Shown: positions 43,297 through 54,200, counted from the stretch's first letter. The stretch: 64,000 nucleotides of DNA from Corallochytrium limacisporum Hawaii (GCA_002811645.1 PDIP01000260.1:4839-68838), one strand, 5' to 3'. Program-made: numbers and translations. Notes: generated by a model not told the origin, from the sequence alone.

Positions 43297-45558
43297 CTAA
43301 GAATCTTCATCAGGCAATACCATATCAACGTAGTTTGGCATTTCTGGTCGTCGTACGAAGAGCATGTAGCCCTCGTAAGGGCCGTGCGGTGTAAAGTCGA
43401 CAAGTAGTGTTGACATATTGTCTGCGGCATCACCGGCTTCCATGATAGCGTAGTCTAAAACTTTCAGGTCACTAACAGTCGCTGCCACGGTTACGTTTGG
43501 GAACATTTCCATCAGGCTCTTTCCATCAAAGTCAATCTGCATCGTATAGGTGGGGTTCAACTGGCCCAGGAAGCGGCGCTTGAGCTCGGCCTCGGGCACA
43601 CCGTCGAAGAGTGACTCAAACTGGACTCGTTCGAAAGCTTCCAAAGCGCCCATGTAGCCCGCGTTGTGGACCTGGGACTGTGAACCGTAGGCCTCATTGA
43701 TATAGTCGACAGATTTCAGTAAGGAGGGTAACATAACGTTGGCGACGTCAGGCGCTTTGAGCTTTCGGCCTTTGCCAAAGTAGCGGTTGTCAAAGTGATC
43801 CTTATCATCCTCAGCTGAGATCCATTCGATTCCTTGTTCCTTCCGCTTCTCCTCACTGAAGTTCTTATAGTTCATATCCACACCAATAATATAAATTTCG
43901 CTGTATCCCAGGAATCCGAGCACCTCGATACCTGCGGAGGCCACAGTACCCATTGTGCCTACCATTGGCTGCCATTTGGCCTCTGGTCGATCATCGACGG
44001 GTTTGTCCAATTTGTGTTTGCCGGCAAACCAGAACCAATGTGTGTTGCCACCGGGAATAATGTCCGTCCAGTAGTAATAGTTTGGGTTCTTTAAGTACGG
44101 AAAAAAGGCGTCCCCTACGTACTGCCGGTACCAGTTAATGTCCGGTGACACGTCCGGGCATACCCAAGAGTCAATGCACATGTAGTGCGATGGAGTCCAA
44201 GAGTAAAATCGTTCTTGCATAAGGTAGAAACGATTGAATACCAACGCATCCTCGCCATCCAACATCCATAGCGGCAAATGGTTCAGTGATGGCGCGTTAC
44301 CAATCAGAAACACTCGTTTGTCCTTCTTTGTGGCCTTGTGATCGTTCCACCACTGTGAATTCTTCATAGTATGCGGCTTCATCCCATGCTTGATGCGGCG
44401 CCGGTCCATATCACCCAGGGCAATATCGAAGAGTGTGAGAGAGAGGTTGGCGCGGCTCAACATGGTTTTCAAGGCCTGTCGATGTTGAACCTTGGCAATG
44501 TTCGTGTGCTCAATCCAGGACAGTTCAGATTTGTATGCGGAATAGAGAGTTGTTGGGGCCAAAGCGGCAAGCACGGGCAGCTGTTGAAGGGAGCAGTGTG
44601 CCAGAAAGATAGGGTCGCCGGAATATTTCAAAGGTATGGATTGCTGGTCAAGGACTGGATCGTGGGTCTTGCGACCGATGGTCTGACCAAGTGACTGGCA
44701 CGGGACCTGTAGCGCATTCTCGTCCAAGTCAATAATATGTTCAACTCCGAAGTCTGTGGCCATCATGGGCATATTTCGGGCATCTAACCGACCGTCAACA
44801 TTTGGCCGGCCTCTGCTACTGCTGACGATATTCGTGTGGAACCTTCCAGTAGCACTGGGGCCAAAGACAAAGATGTTCTCACTTCCCACCATGGTATGAA
44901 CTGGTCGAAGACTAGGGCCAGTTGGGCTATACAGGACGGAACTGGGCGGCAAGTTCCGAAGCAGTTCCTGCAAGTTCCGAACTATGGGCCAAACTTTGAC
45001 GGGCATGGAGACCAGGACTAAAGGCATAGTCAACGGCACTGCACTGACCCAACGCATGCTCTCCGTTAACCCTGACTGAGCCTCCTGTGGCGGTTCGTAT
45101 AAGGAGCCTTCGAGGTAAGCTCCGAGAGAAACATCCCCGTATTGTTCGTTCTCGTGCGTCAAAGTGGCCCGTTCCAGTCCAGAGAGTTGGATATTGTCTG
45201 GTCGTTCGATTACAAAACTATAATAGCAAGCCCCTGGTTCTCTCCCACGAATGCGGGGAGCGCATGCAAGCTGTTTGAGCCAGGTTTGCCGAGCCACCTC
45301 GCGCCACCAAAAGTCACTGGGGCGGCTATAGATGACAAACAGCACAGGACTCTCTTTAGTTGGTGATAACAAAACATTCCCCTGAATCACCACCAAGATG
45401 ATAAGCAGAATCACGGCCACTAGCAACGGCCGCAATTTGTTTGGAAAAGACACTAGCAACGGCCGTAGTTTGTTTGGAACAGCCACAAGCAACGGCCGTA
45501 ATTTGTTTGGAAAAGCCACTAGCAACGGCCGTAATTTGGGTGGAAAACTTGCCCTCAT
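43297..45558 (-). CDS. Type II membrane glycosyltransferase-like fusion: degenerate GT31-like domain + DUF115/Maf (sialyltransferase-like) domain
   Basis: TM LLVAVILLIILVVI; FVIYSRP..REVARQTW..ENEQYGD; VFLIGNAPSL, FNRFY, GYSEIYIIGVDMNY, DHFDNRYFG; first in-frame ATG 45558. Confidence 0.65.
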   Translation of the reverse strand: MRASFPPKLRPLLVAFPNKLRPLLVAVPNKLRPLLVSFPNKLRPLLVAVILLIILVVIQGNVLLSPTKESPVLFVIYSRPSDFWWREVARQTWLKQLACAPRIRGREPGACYYSFVIERPDNIQLSGLERATLTHENEQYGDVSLGAYLEGSLYEPPQEAQSGLTESMRWVSAVPLTMPLVLVSMPVKVWPIVRNLQELLRNLPPSSVLYSPTGPSLRPVHTMVGSENIFVFGPSATGRFHTNIVSSSRGRPNVDGRLDARNMPMMATDFGVEHIIDLDENALQVPCQSLGQTIGRKTHDPVLDQQSIPLKYSGDPIFLAHCSLQQLPVLAALAPTTLYSAYKSELSWIEHTNIAKVQHRQALKTMLSRANLSLTLFDIALGDMDRRRIKHGMKPHTMKNSQWWNDHKATKKDKRVFLIGNAPSLNHLPLWMLDGEDALVFNRFYLMQERFYSWTPSHYMCIDSWVCPDVSPDINWYRQYVGDAFFPYLKNPNYYYWTDIIPGGNTHWFWFAGKHKLDKPVDDRPEAKWQPMVGTMGTVASAGIEVLGFLGYSEIYIIGVDMNYKNFSEEKRKEQGIEWISAEDDKDHFDNRYFGKGRKLKAPDVANVMLPSLLKSVDYINEAYGSQSQVHNAGYMGALEAFERVQFESLFDGVPEAELKRRFLGQLNPTYTMQIDFDGKSLMEMFPNVTVAATVSDLKVLDYAIMEAGDAADNMSTLLVDFTPHGPYEGYMLFVRRPEMPNYVDMVLPDEDS
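45416..45547 (-). repeat. 33-bp coding tandem repeat x4 (FPNKLRPLLVA)
   Basis: Units start at 45416, 45449, 45482 and 45515. Confidence 0.95.
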
Positions 45559-46224
45559 CTTTCCTACAGTCGTGCTCCTAGAAGTGTTTACAAACTTTAA
45601 CGACCCGGGTAAACCAAGGACATACAAAACGACGCTTAGTTTTCACTCGGCATTTCAATGAAGCGAGATATGACCATCCAATTAAAGTTCTCAAAAAGTA
45701 TCGAAATCTTGCGGGTTCATGGATTAACAAGCAAGTTTGATTCTGGACCATGTTCCAAATTCATATGCACTGTGTCACTTTGTAATTAAAGTGTCCCACA
45801 AAAGTTTTGCTTCCAATACCTTACTTGCAAAAATTCTTTCGAACCCTATCGTGTCACATGCGTGGCGTAAAACCCACCGGATGCGCACAATCCTTTGCAC
45901 CACTGGGAAGGGGAGCTGGCGGAGGACGGGGTCGACGAAAGCTTTCTGCGGCATATTCCCTGGGCACCCCAGCCGCACACGCATATGGCCTGGTGGCTTT
46001 TTTGGGAAGTTGCAGGAATTGACTTATGGGGGGCTAGAAACACGGGTATCGATCCATTTTGTTGAGGGGACACAGTGAACTGCCTGTCAATAACGGAGTC
46101 TCGTGCACCTGGTGGGTTTGTGCGAGTCAACAGTGGTATTTATCTGCTTATGTTCACCATAATTAGCGTTCAAATGGTTCTGGTATACATAACGGGACTT
46201 GTGTGCACACTAAATCAGAACGAC

Positions 46225-47037
46225 ATGTCATGTGCACGGCTCCACCGTCACCGGTTGAGTTCAAGCCGGACGATCTTTGTTCAGTTCCGAGCATACGCAA
46301 CAACTCCCGAGGAGTCAAAGTCCACAAAGTCAGAGGCGAAGAAACCTCACTGGTTTGAGAAGTATAGATATGTCGAGCCTGAGGACAAGAAACAAAAGCG
46401 CCTACAAGAACAAGCAGAGATCCATAAAGAGATCCGTAAGGGTTACTTTGCAGACTTTGGTGATATCAATAAGCAGGGTGGTAAATTGTCAGTAACGAAA
46501 GACGCGACTTTAACTAAAGCAAATGACTCCGTGGCTCTCCCTGGTAGTGTACTGGTAAAGAATCTGAATACAGGAACTGAGCTAAGCATTCCTGACCTGG
46601 CAAAGCAAACTTTGGAAAGCAAGTGGCAGCCATTACTGGTAGCCATTGTATTTCGAGACTTTGCCATGAAGCCATTGGCGCAGTGGAGACAAAAAATCAA
46701 GGAAAGCGGGCTAACAAGACACGCCCGGTATGTCGAAATCAGTTTGGTAGACAAGGCCGCATATCGACCTCTCCGGTGGTTGGTTGAGAAATCACTGAAG
46801 TCGAAACTTGGAGAAGACCGTAGCGAGACATTTTATGTGGGCTGGAAAGGAGCGCAGGAGGTTGCAAAAGCACTCGAATCCCATAATCAAATGATTCCAT
46901 ATATTTGTCTAGTGGATCGCGATGGTAGAATCAGATGGAAAGCCCATGCCATGCCTGAGGATAGTGAGGTGATTGCGTTGCAGGGCGCAGTTCGAGATCT
47001 CATTCAGAGACAGAGCAAAGGACACAAATCTGTATAA
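46225..47037 (+). CDS. ATP10: Mitochondrial ATP synthase assembly factor Atp10
   Basis: Presequence from ATG 46225; GYFADF..GGKL; YICLVDRDGRIRWKAHAMP..E. Confidence 0.82.
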   Translation: MSCARLHRHRLSSSRTIFVQFRAYATTPEESKSTKSEAKKPHWFEKYRYVEPEDKKQKRLQEQAEIHKEIRKGYFADFGDINKQGGKLSVTKDATLTKANDSVALPGSVLVKNLNTGTELSIPDLAKQTLESKWQPLLVAIVFRDFAMKPLAQWRQKIKESGLTRHARYVEISLVDKAAYRPLRWLVEKSLKSKLGEDRSETFYVGWKGAQEVAKALESHNQMIPYICLVDRDGRIRWKAHAMPEDSEVIALQGAVRDLIQRQSKGHKSV

Positions 47038-47106
47038 ATAGATAGAAATACGTGTGTATCATATAATTCACTGTGGTCTGAGTCTACAGATTGTATCGTT
47101 GACGTA

Positions 47107-47508
47107 CTATGCAGACTCAGCTGCCTGTCGTCCTTCTGTGTCACTGGACACCAATCCATGCGTGAGATCCTTCACATACGCAAAAAGTGAATACAATAAT
47201 GGCAACTGTCTGCTTGTCGCTGTGTCCTCAACATTTACAGCCTCTACCAGGGCGTCGCGTTCTAGACGATCGTTGCCCATGCCCGACTCTGCCTTCATGA
47301 TCATGTATGTGTTTTGGTAATTGTTGTACTGTAGGTACTCCATGATCAATTCATTGATGACAAAAGTTTCTTCCGGGATCATGGGAGGTTCTGGAGCCTC
47401 GTTATCTAGGCTAGCAAATAATTCTGCACGAACTCTAGACCGAATCTCAGCGGCCGTACCGCGAGATTCCAATGCATTGAGAAGGGCTTTCTTCAAATCA
47501 CTCGACAT
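47107..47508 (-). CDS. CEP20: LisH-domain centrosomal protein FOPNL/FOR20/CEP20
   Basis: LKKALLNALESRG..IRSRVRAELFASL; INELIMEYLQYNNY.NT...AESG; LPLLYSL. Confidence 0.88.
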   Translation of the reverse strand: MSSDLKKALLNALESRGTAAEIRSRVRAELFASLDNEAPEPPMIPEETFVINELIMEYLQYNNYQNTYMIMKAESGMGNDRLERDALVEAVNVEDTATSRQLPLLYSLFAYVKDLTHGLVSSDTEGRQAAESA

Positions 47509-47681
47509 TCCAGTTCCGTTTACTACCGTTACCGTAATTTACGTGAATAACTGATAACTGGATAAAGATTCTAACGAAACGGCGGCTCTTGTGTACGTGT
47601 GCTCTGCTTCGCTGGACCAACTAAGACGCGATCACCACCAGCCACAGGAGTGCACGGTTTCGGAGATCGGGTGAGGAGGGT

Positions 47682-47689
47682 TTTCGCGC
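47682..47689. promoter_or_regulatory. E2F-type site TTTCGCGC upstream of CEP20
   Basis: About 175 bp upstream of the ATG at 47508. Confidence 0.4.
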
Positions 47690-47733
47690 GTTCCTGCTGC
47701 GAAGGTACCACCGGTACTACCCAGATTCCGCCT

Positions 47734-47755
47734 CACCCCCCGGGGGGGGGGGGTG
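47734..47755. repeat. CA-C6-G12-TG palindromic element
   Basis: Read directly; about 230 bp upstream of the CEP20 ATG. Confidence 0.9.
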
Positions 47756-47998
47756 TCCCCCTTTCCTCCTGTGCGTACTGATCTCCTAGAACCGAGAAAC
47801 GAGTTGGGCAGGACCAGAACAAGGAGTCAAGACGACTAGATGTTTGGCCTTTTGATTACGACATTAGCATGCCATTCTAGACCGCTTGCATGTGTCACTG
47901 TATTGATATAATCTGGAAGATACGCTGCAGTCTTGGTGGGTAGCGCACCCCACTATCGACCAAGCCACACGCAAGTCGCCCCTAGCTCAACTGCGAAT

Positions 47999-48484
47999 CT
48001 ACTTGGTCTTCTCCTTCGCGGTACCACCTTGAGACACACTGCCAAGTGCTTGAAGGACCACACTGACCAGAACACTGAAGAAAGCGATAGTATGGCCGAA
48101 GCCAATGCGATCCACCTCATGGCGTAGAGCTGAAAGGTTCTCCTCGTTGTATTCCATGCGAGCAATATTCAAACGAGCAGGTGTAAGCTCGGTAAAAAAG
48201 AGGTAAAGAGTTGGCACACCGCAGGCTACTGTGGCTACATCAGTTGGCCGAAATCCCTTCGAGAAGAGCTTGAAGAGCACCCCTGCAAAAGCGACTGCGA
48301 TACACGTAGGAACCATGGCCCGGAGCTGTCCCGGCCCTTTCGTTTCTAGCAAGGTGTTGTGACTGTAGTACATATGTACATCTCTAAGGGGATCCGGGGT
48401 AGTATCCGGACCGATGTCATACATCAAGTCAATGGTAATTACACCAAGAAGGACACCATATCCCGCACAAATCAGGCTGTCCAT
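47999..48484 (-). CDS. Small 4-TM membrane protein, possibly Shr3-like ER chaperone family
   Basis: Four hydrophobic segments; pattern G.LLGV..DLMYD..YY..G.LFKL..D..H.I..VLQA; ATG at 48484. Confidence 0.5.
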   Translation of the reverse strand: MDSLICAGYGVLLGVITIDLMYDIGPDTTPDPLRDVHMYYSHNTLLETKGPGQLRAMVPTCIAVAFAGVLFKLFSKGFRPTDVATVACGVPTLYLFFTELTPARLNIARMEYNEENLSALRHEVDRIGFGHTIAFFSVLVSVVLQALGSVSQGGTAKEKTK

Positions 48485-49172
48485 TGTTAGAGAGCTACAA
48501 AATGTTAGTACTGAACAGTCACGGCTGTGTAATTTGCATAACTGCATTAGAACCGTCGTTAAGAACCTGGCACACTGTCAGTACTCCCGTGTGCAAACCA
48601 CAATACAAAGTTCCACAGGTACGCACTCTGAGCCACCGGAGAAACATACACCAACGATGACAAGTCCGGTCTAGTTCGTGCTCGAATATTTTGACCGGAT
48701 ACTCATAGGTCAAGGCTTAACGTTCGGCATAGGAGTACCCCTTCCTTGGTGATCCCTTTAGCCTCCCTGCAATAGTGAAATTCATTTGATACTTCCCCTC
48801 TTTCAAACAAACGTTAAAAATCCATCTTTTCGATTTTTCCTTAGTGCTCTCAGCGGGTGGCCATACAAGAGGCGAGTGGGCACGACGAGTAAGGAGCCTG
48901 ACCATTGGATTGCAGGGCTGGAATTGTTGGGTCAAGGTAGAATATGGCCCAGTTTGCCGGGTTGCAGAAAGATGAGCGCAAGCGACAGAAGTAAGGGCAG
49001 CGCAGACGAAGGGTAGAAGAGAGTTCAACGGTTTCCGCACAACGCGTATGCGGATAAGGAGGACTCATCACACTTGACGCAGAACACGCAATGGTGTTGT
49101 GGTATGTAATTATGTAAAGTTTTATGAGGAGCCGTGAGGCCTGGTCCAGTTGAACACGACGTCGCCTGCGCA

Positions 49173-50252
49173 ATGAGTACAGAACAGAATGATTCAGACC
49201 AGGGTAACTGGTACAAGGCCCTGTGGGAAAATACAACTCGGGATTTGAAGGAGTTTGCGAACACTGTGACAACAGAATCAAACAAAGTAATTGAAACTGC
49301 ATCCAAGAGGTTGGGTCCCGAAAGCCTGCAGTCAACTGATGGAAGTCAACAGAATACAGCCGAGGAGAGCCAGCGACGAGAAGAACAGGAACAAGGCTTT
49401 GTCTCCGAAGCTGTTGGCAATATTTGGAATACCCTCTCCAGTACAATCTCAGAAGGAGTCGGACAACAGGATGCTACTAAGCGCCAAGTTTCAAGGTATG
49501 CAGCGGGAGCTGTGAAAACCTGTGCGGCTGCGAACGGATATGATGGATTTCATAAGATCTTTAGTTTGGAAGATTGCAGGGATGAAATTGAAGCTATCCG
49601 GGAAGAAAACCCAGAAGTGGACGGTGTCCTTGAAAAATTGGTACCGGACTATATGGATGAAGATGAGTTTTGGTGCCGAGTCTCTTTCCTCAGTGACCAT
49701 CAACAGGCAATAAGGCGGAAAGCGCTGCACCGCGCTAGACAAGTGATATCCGGAGGACCTTGTGCGGATGATACGACTAGGAAGGCGGAGAAGATTGCTA
49801 GCCTTGCTACTGAATCAGACTTCAAGCCATCAGTGAATCGCACAAGCGCGTTAGAGGCCACTGGTGGGCTTGAATGGGGTGACGATGGCTTGGAAATCAG
49901 TCAGGAGGAGCCGCAGGAGAATGCAAGTGGTGGCCTGAATAAGGATGGAGCCCAGGCCCTTGCCCCGGTTCCAGCCGTTACCTCAAAGCTGCAGGCCGTC
50001 GATATCAAATCATCTCCAATGAAGGACGACGCAAATGAAGATGATTTGATGGATGATTGGGGATTAGACGATGGCAGTGAAGATGACCAGGATAAGATTA
50101 AAGATGGCGGTGATCCGAATCCCGCAGAAGGTTCAGTTCCTGATACCAGCACCGCCGGCGTCAAGCCAGCTGCAAAGGAGCCATCAGCCAGCACCGCTGC
50201 CGGCACCACCGCAGAAACCCAAGATGATGATGACTGGGAGACATGGGATTAA
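49173..50252 (+). CDS. BSD-domain protein (BSDC1/DOS2-like)
   Basis: TRDLKEF; LEKLVPDYMDEDEFWCR (BSD FW motif); acidic tail DDDDWETWD. Confidence 0.82.
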   Translation: MSTEQNDSDQGNWYKALWENTTRDLKEFANTVTTESNKVIETASKRLGPESLQSTDGSQQNTAEESQRREEQEQGFVSEAVGNIWNTLSSTISEGVGQQDATKRQVSRYAAGAVKTCAAANGYDGFHKIFSLEDCRDEIEAIREENPEVDGVLEKLVPDYMDEDEFWCRVSFLSDHQQAIRRKALHRARQVISGGPCADDTTRKAEKIASLATESDFKPSVNRTSALEATGGLEWGDDGLEISQEEPQENASGGLNKDGAQALAPVPAVTSKLQAVDIKSSPMKDDANEDDLMDDWGLDDGSEDDQDKIKDGGDPNPAEGSVPDTSTAGVKPAAKEPSASTAAGTTAETQDDDDWETWD

Positions 50253-50319
50253 AGATTACACTAAGAAAATCTATTTGTTACGACCATCTATGGCTGGTTC
50301 TGATTTTCGTGATGGTGGT

Positions 50320-50958
50320 CTACCCTCTTGAGATGTCTACCCCGACCGACGATGAAAATCTAGCATTCTCATCAACATTCCCTGTCATTGGAGACTCTGA
50401 TGGCAAGCTTTCCATAACCTTTTTCACTAGCGATATCGGCTCTGGTACGACAAGAATATTCAGTCGTTCAGCATGGTGCAGGAATCCTTCCTCCTCCATG
50501 TGCTTGAGCTGTGCCAGCAGATGCTCGTAAAAGCCGTTAATGTTGAGTAATCCTATGGGCTTGTGTTGAATATTGAGTTGGTTCCATGTCACCATCTCTA
50601 CAACTTCTTCTAGAGTTCCCAGCCCTCCGGGCAGCGCAATGAAGGCACTTGCCGTCTTTGCAAACTGTGCTTTGCGCTCATGCATCGAATCAACAATTCG
50701 CATCTCTGAACAGTGTGTATTGGCATGTTCATACCTCTGCATAAACTCCGGCATCACTCCGATCACATACCCACCAGCGGAAGCGACTCCTTCGGCAACT
50801 TTTCCCATAATTCCATTTTTGGATCCTCCGTAGACTAGCCCGTATCCATACTTGACAATTTGCTTTCCAAGCTCAATGGCGGCATCACTGTACTCTGGAC
50901 GGTTGCCGAACCCAGATCCGCAGTAAACGCAAATAAACTTGTCGGGTTTCGCAGCCAT
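50320..50958 (-). CDS. LOG: LOG-family nucleoside-monophosphate phosphoribohydrolase
   Basis: ICVYCGS, LVYGG..GIMG, MHERK, PGGLGTLEE. Upstream in-frame ATGs (e.g. 51024) are also possible starts. Confidence 0.92.
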   Translation of the reverse strand: MAAKPDKFICVYCGSGFGNRPEYSDAAIELGKQIVKYGYGLVYGGSKNGIMGKVAEGVASAGGYVIGVMPEFMQRYEHANTHCSEMRIVDSMHERKAQFAKTASAFIALPGGLGTLEEVVEMVTWNQLNIQHKPIGLLNINGFYEHLLAQLKHMEEEGFLHHAERLNILVVPEPISLVKKVMESLPSESPMTGNVDENARFSSSVGVDISRG

Positions 50959-51299
50959 TTTGGAACTCTCTGTTTTCCATGTCTGTACCCCTTTCATGGA
51001 CACCTGCAGGAAGGTTTCATCCATGATATCTCTCAAAGACCCTTTTCTCGATACAGCTCTGCAGATCAACCTCTGTGCGTCCGGACCGCCTATGCCACCC
51101 TTGAATCCCGAGTGAGGCCGCGAAGCGGGCCGTCACACCCCGTGCCTCCCCCTCTCCTCCCCCAAGGGGTCTCCTCGGCTCAACAGCCAGTCCCCCCGTG
51201 CGGATCGGTCCGATTTCGCCGGTACCAACCCGAGCCGCTCTCGCCTCTTCCCGATGGCTCGGGTCCCCCAATTGGGTAGAGCGCCAGGCTCGTGAGCAT

Positions 51300-54200
51300 G
51301 TGGTGCGTATACGAGTAGCGAATTGAGATGTTAATGGGATTTTTGCCTTAAATGACTTTCGCATTGTCCTCTGTCCCATGTCTTTGGTCCGAACCGGTTG
51401 GTGTTTCGCGAGAGAGACTCAGGGGGGGGGGGGGGGAGGGACAAAGGCACGCACGCCGTCGTGTCCCTGAAAAGGTGGTCTCGGAGTGTGACTTTTTTTT
51501 TTTTGCAATTTCGATTCGAGCCCACCACTGCCCGCTGGGGATAACACGCGGAATGTACCACTGCCACACAATACTCTCCGGTGCGTTTGTTTCATTTCCC
51601 CCGGTCGGGGATAGGGACCGTTCGGGGAATGGCGAGTGAGAGAGTGAGACAGAGACAGAGACAGAGAGAGGCCTGGGTGCGGTGGATGTGCGATGATGCG
51701 CGCGTATGCGACACGGGAAGCGAGGAATTGGGTAGAAAAAGGAGGAGGGGAGGGGAAGAAGAGGGGGGGGGAGGGGGGAAGGGAAGGAGAAAGAGATGTC
51801 TGCGCGCCCTCTGGAACCAAGTGGACAACACGCCGAGACAGGGTGGGGTAGGGGAGAGGAGGGGAGCATGAAACACACATGAAGAGGGCTTAGTCATGGC
51901 TGTACAATTATTGATGACTTTCAAGGCGACATTACATTTGAGTGGAGAACGAAAAACTGAGGTCATTTATTTTTTTTTTCCTTTGGAGCCCGTTTTGCCC
52001 TTCGCAGTTGGACCATGCGATCGGCGGCAGGCACTCTCCCTCCCCCTCCATCCTTGCTTGCTCTTGTGTCTAACCCCATTTGTATTTGAAATTAATTCGT
52101 GCGAAGGCGAAGGCAGTCCTAAGCTTTAAAAATCCCCCTTTTCATCCGTGCTCTGCACATTTATGGTGTTGGCACGGTGTGTTGCCGGAATCCCATATGT
52201 TTCATGGTTCCGGCCCGATAGCTTAATCCGGAGATACATCTGTAAATTGCCCACTTCGTGACAGAAGGACATACCGCCAAAATAAAGACGAAAGAAAAGC
52301 CACAGGACGAGAGGGAAACGCAAAGGGGGGGGCGCGGGGGGACGAGAGAGTCAACGGGGGGGCAGTGAGACTTTTACTCTTTTTTTTCTTTGTGTGTGTG
52401 CGTATGACTTGGGTGGCAAGAGTGTATTTTTTTATACTTGACCACACCATTTTGGCGCGGAGACCAATGGACCCATGTGCTGGCGGCAATCAGGGCCCCC
52501 CTCTCCCCTCCCTCCCTCCCCCCCTCCCCAGTCTCCCGCATTGGCACCGGCTTTTTTTTTTAACCGCGAACCGAGAGCAGGCGGAGCCCGCCCCCTCCCC
52601 CCTTCCTTTCCGCGGGGTAGTTTTCCAAATATAAATTCTCGGTTGTTTTTGCTTCCAACCACGGTGATTTGGTCCCAGATATTTAATTTTTTCTGCAATG
52701 TTCTCCTGTACCAGTACCGCAAGTGAGAGTGAAAATTTGCCGCCAGGTGCGCCTTCTTTCAATGTGGACGGGACCCACCAACGCGAGAAAAAGCCTCCAA
52801 GGAACAAAGGCGAAAAGAGACAAAACACAAAAACAAAAGCATAAAAAAAAATAACAAAAAGAATAAAGGAAAACACTTTTCGAACGCGCACGCGGGAACC
52901 GTTATGCCGGAGGACAAGCGAATACGGTGGCCCACACACACACAGACACACACAGACACCCACACGCGCGCCGCGGGGCGGGCGAAGGAAAGCCCCGGAA
53001 AGGGGACGAAACAGCAGAGAGAATAAAAAGGGAGGGAAAAGTGAGACAAGAGAGGGAACCGGGGGGATAAAACACATACACACACACACAGAGTCTGTCG
53101 CAAAGAGAGATGCACCACACACCGAGAAGAGAACGAAAAGATGCGCGGTAGAAATTGGTTGTTTTTACAGGAGAACGGAGGAAAACATTCCTAACAAACG
53201 TGTCATCGTGGAAGCTCAGAAATACCAGTAATGCGATGATGTGACTGTGGAGAGAGTGAGAGAGAGCGAGTCCAACGGTAGTGCACGCACCCGCAGGTTG
53301 TATAGCCAACGTACAGGGTTTGAAAGGCATAACACACCACACGGACGAGAACACCAAAACCCAAAAAGAAAAGAAAAAGGAAAGAAAAAACAAAGCGGAA
53401 GAGAAAGGGACACAAAGAGAGAGAGGGAGAGCCACAGAAGCAGGAGACAACGATCGAAGTGGCGCACCAATCTCACTTTGGCGCGTCAGCAACCGTTCGG
53501 GACAGAAAAGGCAAAAATAAATATGAAAATTAGGACCCCGCGAGGCGCCCTTTTCTGGTGCTCTCGCTTGCTCAACTTTCGCGGCTTTTGATTTTTCCCG
53601 TTTTGTTTCAAGCGCGAAAAGAAAGAAAGAAAACAAAAGGGAGACACTGGGGAAATCACTTTTTCTTTCACCGCTAATAGTGCACCTAGGAATTTCAACT
53701 CTGCCGTGGTGTCGGTGTCCAGCCAGCTGGGAACAGGGAAGCCCCGCGCCGAAGAGGAAAACAGGGCGAGCAAGAAAGTGTGCGTGGGGTGTGCAACAAA
53801 ACCAAATAGTAAAAGAACGGCTGTTTACGGACAGTGTTCAATGAACACCACAGGCCAATTCCATTATTTTTCCCTTGTGTTTTTCTTTTTGTTTTTTTGC
53901 TTGTGTGTTTTTCCCTTTGGGCCTTCGCGCGGATGGCCCTGATTCGTGAAAGTTTGGCCTTCGCCCGCAAATTACAAATCCCATATGGGGGAAATAGAGT
54001 CTGCTAACACCATAATCAATAATTAGGCCCCTGGTTATGGATGCAATTGTATAGGGTTTTTCCGTGGTGGAAAATGATTCGCTCTATTTGCGCCCGATTC
54101 TTTTTTTTTCCTTTTTTTCTTTTTGCGAGCGGTGGAACTGGGTCGGCAAGTGACGTTTTGGCTGCCCTTCTCTTCTTCACAAGGACGCCCCCCTGCGGAT

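Noticed and set aside
45416-45547. 33-bp repeats as a CRISPR array
   Set aside because: Head-to-tail with no spacers, in frame within a eukaryotic CDS.
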